Shown here piece after piece: positions 39,556 to 48,304 of a stretch of DNA of 64,000 nt (position 1 is its first letter; each line of letters begins with the position of its first letter). The notes beneath the pieces are model-generated. The model was not told the DNA's origin. It did not search any database and saw nothing but the letters and a program-made list of their open reading frames with translations. The translations under genes were made by a program, and so were the position numbers. The DNA is taken from NCBI GenBank assembly GCA_964549165.1, contig CAZJUH010000002.1, positions 1,896-65,895 on the forward strand, written 5' to 3'. The stretch comes from an uncultured Gammaproteobacteria bacterium. Its GTDB lineage: Bacteria > Patescibacteriota > Microgenomatia > UBA12405.

Positions 39556-40011
39556 ATGGATATTTTATCTTCTTTAAACAAAACCACTACCAAGCAGTCC
39601 AAGCGTGTCGGTCGGGGGATTGGTTCTGGAGTCGGCGGTCACACTACTGGCCGTGGTGCCAAGGGAGATAATGTTAGGGGTCACAGCAAATTAACCTTTG
39701 ACGGCACAAAAATCAAAAAAGGTTGGTTAAAAAGATTACCATTCCTACGGGGAAAACATCGTTTATTGCCCCTAAATGATACCTATATTGTTTCTTTAAC
39801 CCAAATTAATTCCTGGTTTAAAACTGGTGAAATTGTTGAGAAAAAAACTATTTTCGAAAAAATCCTCAGGACTACCAAAAGAGATTTAACTAAAAAAATC
39901 AAAGTCTTGTCTACCGGCAATCTTGATAAAAAATTAACTTTTAAAGGTCTTGAGCTTTCGGAGAAAGCGTCTTCAAAAGTATTAGCCTCAGGTGGTAAGA
40001 TAGAGTCATGA
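39556..40011 (+). CDS. rplO: 50S ribosomal protein L15. It follows rpsE directly, so no rpmD (L30) gene is present.
   Basis: [19 protein letters not shown]. Confidence 0.9.
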   Translation: MDILSSLNKTTTKQSKRVGRGIGSGVGGHTTGRGAKGDNVRGHSKLTFDGTKIKKGWLKRLPFLRGKHRLLPLNDTYIVSLTQINSWFKTGEIVEKKTIFEKILRTTKRDLTKKIKVLSTGNLDKKLTFKGLELSEKASSKVLASGGKIES

Positions 40012-41288
40012 ATTATCTGACAAAATCATTGTCCCTTTATAAAGAGGGTTTAAAATCTCCCTTGCTTCGAAAAAAAATATTATTTACTCTGGGTATCTTA
40101 GTTCTTTTTCGTCTGATTGCTCATATTCCGGTCCCTGGTGTTAACCTCGCTTTATTAAAATCTTTTTTTGCTCAAAATCAGCTTTTATCTCTTCTCGATA
40201 TTTTTTCTGGTGGTACTCTCGCCAATTTTTCTATTGCCGCTTTGGGACTAAATCCCTATATCAATGCTTCGATTATGCTCCAGCTTTTGGGTTTTGTCAT
40301 TCCCGAGCTTAAAGAACTCCAAAAAGAAGGGGAATATGGGCAGTCCAAATTAAATCAATACACCAGAATTATTACCATTCCTCTCTCTATCTTTCAATCT
40401 CTTGGAATGTACGGCATTTTAAAATCTCAAAATATTATTGGGCAGCAGTCTATTTTAGTTATTGTCGCCCTGATTGCTTCGATGGTCACTGGCACGATGA
40501 TTATGATTTTTCTTGGTGAATTAATTAATGAATTTGGAATTGGAAATGGTATTTCCGTTATGATTTTTGCTGGGATTATTTCTCGCTTACCTGTGTCTGC
40601 CATTCAGTCGCTAAGTCTTGCTGATTTTTCCAATCCTCAAACCCTATTCAATCTAATCTTGTTCTTGGCTCTAGTAGTGGCCATTATTTTTGCTGTCGTT
40701 ACTATTGAAGAAGCAGTGTTTAGGATTCCCGTATCTTACGCTAAAAGAGCTCAAACAACCTATCTTCCCATAAAAGTAAACGTCGCCGGTGTCATGCCGA
40801 TTATTTTTGCTGTTTCCCTTGTTTCCCTGCCTACTCTTTTAGGTCAAGCTTTGAGTCGAGTTGGCAATCAAGCTATCGCCACCTTTGCCCGTAATTTATC
40901 CTCTGCCTTTAGTGGGACTAGTGTTCTTTATTTACTTACCTATTTTGTCATGGTTATTGCCTTTACTTTTTTCTATTCTACTGTTGTTTTTAAACCAAAA
41001 GATGTTGCCGAAGAGCTTCGTAAATCAGGCGGTTTTATTCCTGGAATTCGTCCCGGGATAGCTACTGAAAAAAGACTGGAATATTTACTTTATCGGGTTG
41101 TTTTCATCGGTGCCTTCTTTTTAGCCATGATTGCCGTCATTCCTTCTGTCATTCAAAAAATAACCGGGATAACTTCACTTAGTATTGGCGGTACTTCCGT
41201 TTTGATTGTTGTTTCCGTTATTTTAGAGTTAAATCGTAAAATTGAAAACGTGGTTCAAATGTATAATTACGATAAACTAACTTACTAA
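40008..41288 (+). CDS. secY: Preprotein translocase subunit SecY
   Basis: Ten TM segments and SecY signature blocks. Confidence 0.95.
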   Translation: MNYLTKSLSLYKEGLKSPLLRKKILFTLGILVLFRLIAHIPVPGVNLALLKSFFAQNQLLSLLDIFSGGTLANFSIAALGLNPYINASIMLQLLGFVIPELKELQKEGEYGQSKLNQYTRIITIPLSIFQSLGMYGILKSQNIIGQQSILVIVALIASMVTGTMIMIFLGELINEFGIGNGISVMIFAGIISRLPVSAIQSLSLADFSNPQTLFNLILFLALVVAIIFAVVTIEEAVFRIPVSYAKRAQTTYLPIKVNVAGVMPIIFAVSLVSLPTLLGQALSRVGNQAIATFARNLSSAFSGTSVLYLLTYFVMVIAFTFFYSTVVFKPKDVAEELRKSGGFIPGIRPGIATEKRLEYLLYRVVFIGAFFLAMIAVIPSVIQKITGITSLSIGGTSVLIVVSVILELNRKIENVVQMYNYDKLTY

Positions 41289-41296
41289 AACCCTTT

Positions 41297-41331
41297 CCCC
41301 GATAAATCGGGGCTTTCCCCTTCAAAAAGGG
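41297..41331. repeat. GC-rich hairpins CCCCGATAAATCGGGG and CCCCTTCAAAAAGGG upstream of the DUF559 gene. The second is the inverted partner of 41748-41760.
   Basis: Seen directly. Confidence 0.45.
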
Positions 41332-41336
41332 AATTT

Positions 41337-41735
41337 ATGAAAATTAATAATAATTTACTTACTCAAAGAGGACACAATCCTTACCTTCTTGAGTTAAGAG
41401 AATTATCGAGAGTAAATCGTCAAAATCCAACTAAAGCTGAATTATTAATTTGGAACACGATTTTACGGAAAAAATATTTAGGCTATAAATTTCTGAGACA
41501 AAAACCATTAAATCAATTTATTCTTGATTTTTATTGCTCAAAATTATTACTAGACATTGAAATTGATGGAGATTCCCATCTTAATCAAAAAAATCATGAC
41601 GATGGTCGGGACGAAATTTTATCTAGTCTCGGAATTAAAACTATTAGGTATAATAATGAAGCAGTATTAATGACCTTAAATACCGTTATAGAAGATTTAA
41701 AGGTTCAAATTAATAATCGACAGGATGAAATATAA
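41337..41735 (+). CDS. DUF559 / Vsr-like (restriction-endonuclease fold) endonuclease-domain protein, inserted between secY and adk
   Basis: Conserved DUF559 pattern: a Lys near the N-terminus, FLRQKP...F.LDFYC..L..D.EIDG..H, and a C-terminal IRY.N. Confidence 0.7.
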   Translation: MKINNNLLTQRGHNPYLLELRELSRVNRQNPTKAELLIWNTILRKKYLGYKFLRQKPLNQFILDFYCSKLLLDIEIDGDSHLNQKNHDDGRDEILSSLGIKTIRYNNEAVLMTLNTVIEDLKVQINNRQDEI

Positions 41736-41747
41736 TTTAATTAATTG

Positions 41748-41777
41748 CCCTTTTGAAGGGAAATGTCCCGAAGGGAC
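41748..41777. repeat. Hairpins CCCTTTTGAAGGG and GTCCCGAAGGGAC downstream of the DUF559 gene
   Basis: Seen directly. The first is the reverse complement of the upstream CCCTTCAAAAAGGG apart from a 1-nt loop difference. Confidence 0.45.
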
Positions 41778-41789
41778 AAAGGGTTTTTA

Positions 41790-42380
41790 ATGTTAAATTT
41801 ATTTATCATTGGCCCGAGCGGCTGCGGCAAATCAACTCAAGCCAAGTTAATTGCGGAGAAATATAACCTAACCCATTTATCTATGGGCCAGCTTCTTCGA
41901 GATGAAATTGCCGCTGATAGTGGTTTTGGCGATGAAGCCAAATCTTATCTTGATAATGGTAAATTAGTTCCCGACGATTTAATTTTTGATATTTTAATTG
42001 CTAAACTAAACACCTTAAACAATCAAAATTTTATCATCGATGGTTTCCCCAGGGTTTTAAATCAAGGCAAATATATGGAATATTATTTAAAGAAAAAAGA
42101 CTTGCCATTTTCTTTGTTAATTCATTTAAGTGTTACTTTTGGGGAAATATCTACTCGTCGTGCCAAACTTGGCGTTGAGTTTCAAGATGAGAATAGAACT
42201 GACAATACTCCCGAGGCTATTGCTTCCCGTCAGCAATTTTACGATGAGGGTATCGCTCCCATTCGTGAATATTTTGAATCAAAGGGCCTTTTTGTTGACA
42301 TTGACGGCAACCACCCCGTTGAACCTATCTTTAGCGATATCTGTCAGAAAATTGATAAATTATTAATTAACTCTAAATGA
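41790..42380 (+). CDS. adk: Adenylate kinase
   Basis: P-loop GPSGCGKST and the LID region. Start chosen at MLNLFIIGP. Confidence 0.9.
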   Translation: MLNLFIIGPSGCGKSTQAKLIAEKYNLTHLSMGQLLRDEIAADSGFGDEAKSYLDNGKLVPDDLIFDILIAKLNTLNNQNFIIDGFPRVLNQGKYMEYYLKKKDLPFSLLIHLSVTFGEISTRRAKLGVEFQDENRTDNTPEAIASRQQFYDEGIAPIREYFESKGLFVDIDGNHPVEPIFSDICQKIDKLLINSK

Positions 42381-42580
42381 AAGAACCACAAGTCAAAGGT
42401 ACTGTTACTGAGGTTTTACCCGATCAGTTATTTCGGGTCAAGCTCGAAGACGATCGTGTCATCGTCTGTTATTTAGCCGGCAAACTAAAAATGCACCATA
42501 TTCGCTGCCTTGCCGGTGACACTGTTTCGGTTGTTTTATCACCCGACGGCAACAAGGGTCGAATAACCTACCGCGGTTAA
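42377..42580 (+). CDS. infA: Translation initiation factor IF-1
   Basis: Canonical S1-like IF-1. Confidence 0.95.
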   Translation: MKEPQVKGTVTEVLPDQLFRVKLEDDRVIVCYLAGKLKMHHIRCLAGDTVSVVLSPDGNKGRITYRG

Positions 42581-42603
42581 GTTCTTGTTATTAAATTTAC
42601 TCT

Positions 42604-42632
42604 TTGATATTACTGGCAGTTTAGGTTACAAT
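42604..42632 (+). promoter_or_regulatory. Candidate promoter TTGATA-17-TACAAT for the alpha operon (rpmJ-rpsM-rpsK-rpsD-rpoA-rplQ)
   Basis: Hexamers seen directly. Confidence 0.35.
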
Positions 42633-42648
42633 ACCAAAGCCAAAGTTT

Positions 42649-42762
42649 ATGAAAGTAAAATCAAGCATAAAACCCCGCTGCAAAAATTGTAAAATCGTCA
42701 TTAGACGAGGTATAAAACGAGTTATTTGTTCCACCAAAAGACACACCCAAAAACAGGGTTAA
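42649..42762 (+). CDS. rpmJ: 50S ribosomal protein L36 (37 aa), absent from the ORF track because it is under 60 aa
   Basis: Manual translation gives MKVKSSIKPRCKNCKIVIRRGIKRVICSTKRHTQKQG, the Zn-ribbon L36 pattern. Confidence 0.85.
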   Translation: MKVKSSIKPRCKNCKIVIRRGIKRVICSTKRHTQKQG

Positions 42763-42766
42763 TTTT

Positions 42767-43183
42767 ATGAGAATTTCCGGAATTGAAATCCCTGATAATG
42801 AGAGAGCGCAGGTGGCTCTGACTCGATTTTATGGTATTGGTCCCAAAAATGTCATTAAACTAGCCAAAAAAGCTGGTATTGATTTAAATACCAGAATAAA
42901 AACTTTAAGTCGCGACGATATCGGATCTTTAATGAAAGCTCTCGAAGATTTTCAAACAGAAGGCGATTTAAAAAGAGAAATTCGTGAAAATATTGATCGC
43001 TTAAAAGCCATTAAATGTTATCGTGGAATCCGGCACATTGTTTCTCTTCCTGTCCGTGGTCAAAGAACCAAGTCTAACTCTCGTACTCGCAAGGGTAGAA
43101 AGAAAACAGTCGGTTCTCTTACCAAGGAAGCTTGGGCAAAAATTGAAACCCAGCAAAAAGCCGCTGACGTCGCAAAAAAATAA
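42767..43183 (+). CDS. rpsM: 30S ribosomal protein S13
   Basis: Canonical S13. Confidence 0.95.
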   Translation: MRISGIEIPDNERAQVALTRFYGIGPKNVIKLAKKAGIDLNTRIKTLSRDDIGSLMKALEDFQTEGDLKREIRENIDRLKAIKCYRGIRHIVSLPVRGQRTKSNSRTRKGRKKTVGSLTKEAWAKIETQQKAADVAKK

Positions 43184-43195
43184 AATTTTAACCAT

Positions 43196-43666
43196 ATGGC
43201 AACCACAAAAACAAATACCACTCCTGTCGTTACCGCTCCTGTCTCTGCCAAAGGCGGATCCGCCTCAGGCGGAAAAAAAACTAAATCTCTTCCCAAGGCT
43301 AAAAAAGTTGTTAAAAGTCTGGCCGAAGGTCGACTTTACATTCAGTCAACCTTCAACAATACTATCGTCACTATTACCGATATTAAGGGCAATACTCTCG
43401 CCTGGTCAAGTGCTGGTCAGTGTGGCTTTAAGGGTTCTCGTAAATCGACTCCCTATGCCGCCACCACTGCTATCGAAAAGGCTCTTGAGGCTGTCAGACC
43501 AATTGGAATTAAAAAATTAGCAGTTTATCTAAAAGGACCAGGTACCGGCCGAGATGCCGCTCTTCGTTTTCTTCGCGCCAAGCGAGATTTTGAAGTCGAT
43601 CTCATTGCCGATGTCACCCCCATTCCTCACAACGGCCCCAGGCCTCCAAAGGCCCGCCGAGTTTAA
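43196..43666 (+). CDS. rpsK: 30S ribosomal protein S11, with an N-terminal extension that carries a repeat-element insertion
   Basis: S11 core from [14 protein letters not shown] onwards. The extension contains [10 protein letters not shown]. Confidence 0.9.
   Translation: MATTKTNTTPVVTAPVSAKGGSASGGKKTKSLPKAKKVVKSLAEGRLYIQSTFNNTIVTITDIKGNTLAWSSAGQCGFKGSRKSTPYAATTAIEKALEAVRPIGIKKLAVYLKGPGTGRDAALRFLRAKRDFEVDLIADVTPIPHNGPRPPKARRV
43247..43273. repeat. TCCGCC-NNN-GGCGGA double-hairpin element centred on GGATCC, inserted in-frame in rpsK (encodes AKGGSASGG)
   Basis: Seen directly. Near-identical copies at 45640-45666 and 51003-51032, with a half-copy at 5519-5533. Confidence 0.65.
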
Positions 43667-43677
43667 AAAAAATTACC

Positions 43678-44307
43678 ATGAGAAGTACACTTGATACTAA
43701 ATGTCGACTTTGCCGTAGTGAAGGCGTAAAACTTTATTTAAAAGGCGCTCGTTGTTTTTCTCCTAAATGTCCCCTTGAAAAGAAAGGAGCTGTCAGGCCT
43801 GGAATGCACGGTACCAAAAGAAGTCGAAAGCCCACCGATTATGGGATTCAACTAAGAGCCAAACAAAAAGCTAAGCGTTTTTATGGAATTGCCGAGACTC
43901 AGTTCAAAAATTATTACACCGCCGCCAAAAAATTAAAAGGTTTGGTCGGTGAAAATTTATTAATTCTTATCGAAAGAAGACTGGACAATGTTATTTATCT
44001 ATCTGGTCTCTGTTTATCCAGAAGTCACGCCAAGCAGTTAATCAGTCATAAAGATGTTTTTGTAAATGGTAAAGTTTTAAATATTTCTTCTTATTTAGTA
44101 AAAGTAGGGGATGTCATTACTTTAAAAGCAAAAAATCTTAAAAAAAATGGCGAAACTTATAAATACGCCGATAAGGACTTTAAGGCTCCGCAGTGGATTG
44201 ATTTAGACAAATCCAAATCCAGCGCCAAAATCATTGCCCTTCCCATCATCGATCAGAATCATAACGGGATCGATGTAAATTTAATTATTGAATATTATTC
44301 AAGATAA
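43678..44307 (+). CDS. rpsD: 30S ribosomal protein S4 (Zn-binding N-terminus)
   Basis: CRLCRSEGVKL...CFSPKC. Confidence 0.95.
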   Translation: MRSTLDTKCRLCRSEGVKLYLKGARCFSPKCPLEKKGAVRPGMHGTKRSRKPTDYGIQLRAKQKAKRFYGIAETQFKNYYTAAKKLKGLVGENLLILIERRLDNVIYLSGLCLSRSHAKQLISHKDVFVNGKVLNISSYLVKVGDVITLKAKNLKKNGETYKYADKDFKAPQWIDLDKSKSSAKIIALPIIDQNHNGIDVNLIIEYYSR

Positions 44308-44322
44308 CAAAAGGAGAAAACT

Positions 44323-45243
44323 ATGATCGATACTAGTCGCTTTCATATTAAAACCATTAAACAAACTTCCACTTATGGCAAGTTTGAGCTTACTCCACTT
44401 GTTGGAGGTTTAGGTCACACCCTCGGTAATAGTCTTCGTCGAATTCTTTTAATCACTATTCCCGGTGCGGCAATCACTCACATTAAAATCGATGGTGCCA
44501 CTCATTTATTTACCACTTTACCTGGGGTAAAAGAAGATCTCGTCGAAATTTCGCTCAATCTAAAAAAGATTAAATTTGCCTATGCCAAGGAAGAACCTAC
44601 GATATTAATTTTAGACAAAAAAGGCAAGGGTATTGTTACTGCCGCTGATATTGCTGATAGCTCTGTCTGTAAGGTTTCTAATCCAGATCAGGTCATCGCT
44701 ACTCTAACCGACACCAAAGCCCACCTTAAAATTGAAATGACGGTTGAGCGTGGGGTTGGCTATTCTCTGGCTCGTGAACAAAAAACTGATATTGTTGGTG
44801 AAATTATCCTCGATGCCACCTTTACTCCCGTTTTAAAAGCCAATTATACTGTTGAGCCCACTCGTCTTGGTAAAAAGAGCAATTACGATAAATTAACCAT
44901 GGAGATTTGGACCGATGCTTCAATTGAGCCTCTCACTGCCCTAAAAATGGCCGCCAAAGATTTAATTAATGCCCTTGACCAGATTGTTGATACTCGTGAA
45001 TTCGAAGACGAAGTCATCACCCTCGACTCTATGCCCATCAACCAAATGGCTGAAATCTCAGTTGAAGAAATTGAATTACCTCTTCGGGTGACCAACGCCC
45101 TCAAAAAAGCTGATTATTCGACCATTAACGATTTAGTTAAGGCCGGTAGAGCCGATGTCAGTAAAGCCAAAAACGTCGGTGAAAAATCATTAAGAATTAT
45201 TGATGCCTGGCTTGAGGAAAAGGGCTTTTCCTGGAATAAATAA
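44323..45243 (+). CDS. rpoA: DNA-directed RNA polymerase alpha subunit
   Basis: N-terminal domain plus C-terminal domain. Confidence 0.95.
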   Translation: MIDTSRFHIKTIKQTSTYGKFELTPLVGGLGHTLGNSLRRILLITIPGAAITHIKIDGATHLFTTLPGVKEDLVEISLNLKKIKFAYAKEEPTILILDKKGKGIVTAADIADSSVCKVSNPDQVIATLTDTKAHLKIEMTVERGVGYSLAREQKTDIVGEIILDATFTPVLKANYTVEPTRLGKKSNYDKLTMEIWTDASIEPLTALKMAAKDLINALDQIVDTREFEDEVITLDSMPINQMAEISVEEIELPLRVTNALKKADYSTINDLVKAGRADVSKAKNVGEKSLRIIDAWLEEKGFSWNK

Positions 45244-45244
45244 G

Positions 45245-45727
45245 ATGAGACATCGAATTGCAGGCTATCATTTAGGTCGGACCATTAATCAAAGAAAAAA
45301 TCTGTATAGATCTCAGCTGCGCTCTTTGTTTACTTACGGTTTTATCAATACGACCGTTACCAAAGCCAAATCTATCCTGCCTCTGGCAGAAAAAATTGCC
45401 CTCGCCGCCGTCAAGGCCGACCTAAATTCTCGTCGCTATATTTTTACCTTTTTTCAAGATCGAAATATCGTAAATAGGATAGTAACAGCTTTTTCTACTA
45501 CTTTTCCCGGCCAGACTCAAAACTTTACTCAGTTAAAAAATGTAAAATTCCGGCAAGGGGATAATGCTTTAATTGTTCGATTAAGTTTTATCAAAGAGGT
45601 AAATAGTCTCCCCGTCATTAAAGAAAAAGAAAAAAAATCCGCCAAAGGCGGATCCGCCTCAGGCGGAGAAGTTAAAAAGAAAGTTCCTGCCAAGAAAGCA
45701 GTCGCAAAGAAGGAGACTAAAAAATGA
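45245..45727 (+). CDS. rplQ: 50S ribosomal protein L17, with a Lys-rich C-terminal extension of about 40 aa that carries the repeat element
   Basis: L17 core from MRHRIAGYHLGRT. The tail reads [17 protein letters not shown]. Confidence 0.9.
   Translation: MRHRIAGYHLGRTINQRKNLYRSQLRSLFTYGFINTTVTKAKSILPLAEKIALAAVKADLNSRRYIFTFFQDRNIVNRIVTAFSTTFPGQTQNFTQLKNVKFRQGDNALIVRLSFIKEVNSLPVIKEKEKKSAKGGSASGGEVKKKVPAKKAVAKKETKK
45640..45666. repeat. TCCGCC-NNN-GGCGGA double-hairpin element inserted in-frame in the rplQ 3' extension
   Basis: Seen directly. GCCAAAGGCGGATCCGCCTCAGGCGGA is identical to the rpsK copy. Confidence 0.65.
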
Positions 45728-46146
45728 AAGCTAAAACAACAGTTTTAAAAGGAAGCAATCCTGTTCGATTATGGATATTAGTTGACTTATCGGGTAAAAC
45801 TCTAGGTCGAGTCGCCACTGAAATTGCAGCCTTATTAATGGGCAAAAATAAAGCGACCTTCTCTTATCATCGTGATGATGGTGACTATGTCGTGGCCATC
45901 AACGCTAAAGATATTGTCGTTACTGGCAAAAAATTAAAACAAAAAATTTATTATCATCACACTGCTTATACCGGCAATTTAAACGAGTTATCTCTAAAAG
46001 ATCTTTTAAAGAAAGACCCGAGGAAAGTAATCGAATTTGCTGTTTACGGTATGCTTCCCAAAAATCATCTTCGGGCCAAAAGAATGCGTCGTTTAAAAAT
46101 ATTTATTAACGCCGAGCATAAATATGCTGAAAAATTAGGTAAATAA
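45724..46146 (+). CDS. rplM: 50S ribosomal protein L13
   Basis: Canonical L13. Confidence 0.95.
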   Translation: MKAKTTVLKGSNPVRLWILVDLSGKTLGRVATEIAALLMGKNKATFSYHRDDGDYVVAINAKDIVVTGKKLKQKIYYHHTAYTGNLNELSLKDLLKKDPRKVIEFAVYGMLPKNHLRAKRMRRLKIFINAEHKYAEKLGK

Positions 46147-46149
46147 AAT

Positions 46150-46566
46150 ATGGCTACTTCTAAAACATCAAAAAAAAACTTAACCACTTATGTCTATGCT
46201 CTCGGCAGACGCAAAGCTGCCGTGGCGACTCTAAAATTATTTAAAGGTAAGGGTGAATCAAGTATCAACTCTCGTCCTTTAAATAAATATTTTCCTCTCA
46301 CTTTCTCTCGTTTAGATTTACCCTTTGTTACCACTGAGACTCTAAATAAATACTACTTTAGCGCTAAAATTGTTGGTGGAGGCAAAACTGGCCAGCTCGC
46401 TGCTTTAATTTTAGCTATTTCTCGCGCCCTCAAAAAAAGTAATCCTGATATGACTTTAGCCTTAGCCCAGGCTAATTTACTGACAGTCGATGCCCGTGTT
46501 CGCGAACGCCGCATGGTTGGTACCGGTGGCAAAGCGAGACGCCAAAAGCAATCTCCAAAGCGTTAA
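46150..46566 (+). CDS. rpsI: 30S ribosomal protein S9
   Basis: Canonical S9 with a C-terminal ...RRQKQSPKR. Confidence 0.95.
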   Translation: MATSKTSKKNLTTYVYALGRRKAAVATLKLFKGKGESSINSRPLNKYFPLTFSRLDLPFVTTETLNKYYFSAKIVGGGKTGQLAALILAISRALKKSNPDMTLALAQANLLTVDARVRERRMVGTGGKARRQKQSPKR

Positions 46567-46585
46567 GCTAGTGGTAAAATAAAAA

Positions 46586-48304
46586 GTGGCCGAAAAACGT
46601 TCTAATAGTAATCTTAAGTTGTTTGTATTAGCCAAGCCTTATACTGGCCTTATTCTTCTGGTTCTGGCGGTCACTTTTACCTCTAATGGCTTAAATCTGA
46701 TACTTCCAAAGCTTGTTGCCCAAACTATCGACGTTTTTCGATCAAATAATTCTCTTCCCGTCACTTTTATTAGAAATTTTTCCTTGATTATTGTTTTTAT
46801 TTTTGTTTTTTCTTCTCTTCAAAGTATTTTACAAACCTATTTGTCAGAAAAATTTGCCCGTGATTTAAGGGAAAAATTAATTAATAAAATTTCTAATCAA
46901 CCCTATCTATTTATTCATCAGTTTACTCCAGAAAAATTGCTAACTAATTTAATCGCTGATGTCGACAATATAAAGCTGGTTATTTCTCAGGCCTTAATTC
47001 AGGTTTTTGCTTCCATCATTATCATTATTGGGGCCACTTATTTGTTAATTTCTATTAATTGGAAATTAGCTTTGATTGTTCTATCAATTATTCCCTTTAT
47101 TGTGGTTATCTTCATTCTTATTTTTCACAAAATCAGAAAATATTTCCTCCGCTCCCAGTCCATTATCGATAAGCTCAACCAAGTTATTAACGAAAGTATT
47201 ATTGCTTCCTCTTTAATTCGGATTATTAATTCTCAACAATGGGAATTCTTAAAATTTAGCGCTGTCAGCCAGGAAGCCCGGCAAGTTGGTCTGTCGATTT
47301 TAAAATTATTTTCCAGTTTAGTCCCACTTATTAGCCTGATTGCCAACGCCAGTATCGTGGCTATTTTATTAATTGGCGGCAAATCCATAGTTTTGGGGAC
47401 CTTCACTATTGGTTCTTTCACCGCTTTTATGAGTTACATCTCAATGCTTATCTTTCCAATCGTAGTTTTGGGTTTTATTAGTAATTTGATTGCTCGGGCT
47501 GCCGTTTCTTTTGAACGAATTAATCAGGTTTTAGAAGCTCCGGTTGAAAAAATTTATGGCGATATCGAGACCGAAATTAAAGGAAATATTGTTTTTAAGA
47601 ATGTAAATTTAATCCTAAATAATAAACAAATTCTTAAAAACGTTTCATTTAATCTCAAAGCCAATCGTAAAACGGCCATTCTTGGACCTACTGCCGCTGG
47701 TAAAACCCAGATTTTTTATCTGATTGCCGGTTTAATAAAACCGAGTTCCGGTCAAATTTTAATTGATAATGTCCCTCTTTTTGACTATTCCCAAAATTGC
47801 TTAAGCAGTCAGATTGGTTTGGTTTTTCAGGATTCTTCCATCTTTAATGCTACTATTTTGGAAAATATTAATTTTAAGAATAAAAACGATCCTAGTGCTG
47901 TTAATAAAGCCATTGAGACCGCAGAGCTTAAAAATTTTATTGAGACTCTACCCCATGGTTTAAATACTAAAATTGCTGAAAGGGGCAACAATTTATCCGG
48001 TGGTCAAAAACAAAGAATTACTTTAGCTCGGGCTTTGGTTCTTAATCCCAAGATTTTGTTATTGGACGATTTTACTGCCAGGGTTGACAAAGATACCGAA
48101 AAAAGGATTATTGCTAATTTAGACAAAAATTATTCCGAAACCACCGAAGTGATTATCACTCAGCAAATTTCTTCTGCCCTGGATGCCGATCAAATAATTT
48201 TAGTCATGGAAGGAGAGATTTTGGCGGTGGGCACTCATGCTTCTCTTCTGAAAAAATCTCCTGAATACAGACAAATTTATAATTCACAGCAGGATTTGAC
48301 ATGA
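46586..48304 (+). CDS. ABC transporter permease/ATPase (type I exporter, MsbA-like), subunit 1, with a GTG start
   Basis: Six TM segments plus an NBD (Walker A GPTAAGKT, signature LSGGQKQR). Confidence 0.85.
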   Translation: MAEKRSNSNLKLFVLAKPYTGLILLVLAVTFTSNGLNLILPKLVAQTIDVFRSNNSLPVTFIRNFSLIIVFIFVFSSLQSILQTYLSEKFARDLREKLINKISNQPYLFIHQFTPEKLLTNLIADVDNIKLVISQALIQVFASIIIIIGATYLLISINWKLALIVLSIIPFIVVIFILIFHKIRKYFLRSQSIIDKLNQVINESIIASSLIRIINSQQWEFLKFSAVSQEARQVGLSILKLFSSLVPLISLIANASIVAILLIGGKSIVLGTFTIGSFTAFMSYISMLIFPIVVLGFISNLIARAAVSFERINQVLEAPVEKIYGDIETEIKGNIVFKNVNLILNNKQILKNVSFNLKANRKTAILGPTAAGKTQIFYLIAGLIKPSSGQILIDNVPLFDYSQNCLSSQIGLVFQDSSIFNATILENINFKNKNDPSAVNKAIETAELKNFIETLPHGLNTKIAERGNNLSGGQKQRITLARALVLNPKILLLDDFTARVDKDTEKRIIANLDKNYSETTEVIITQQISSALDADQIILVMEGEILAVGTHASLLKKSPEYRQIYNSQQDLT

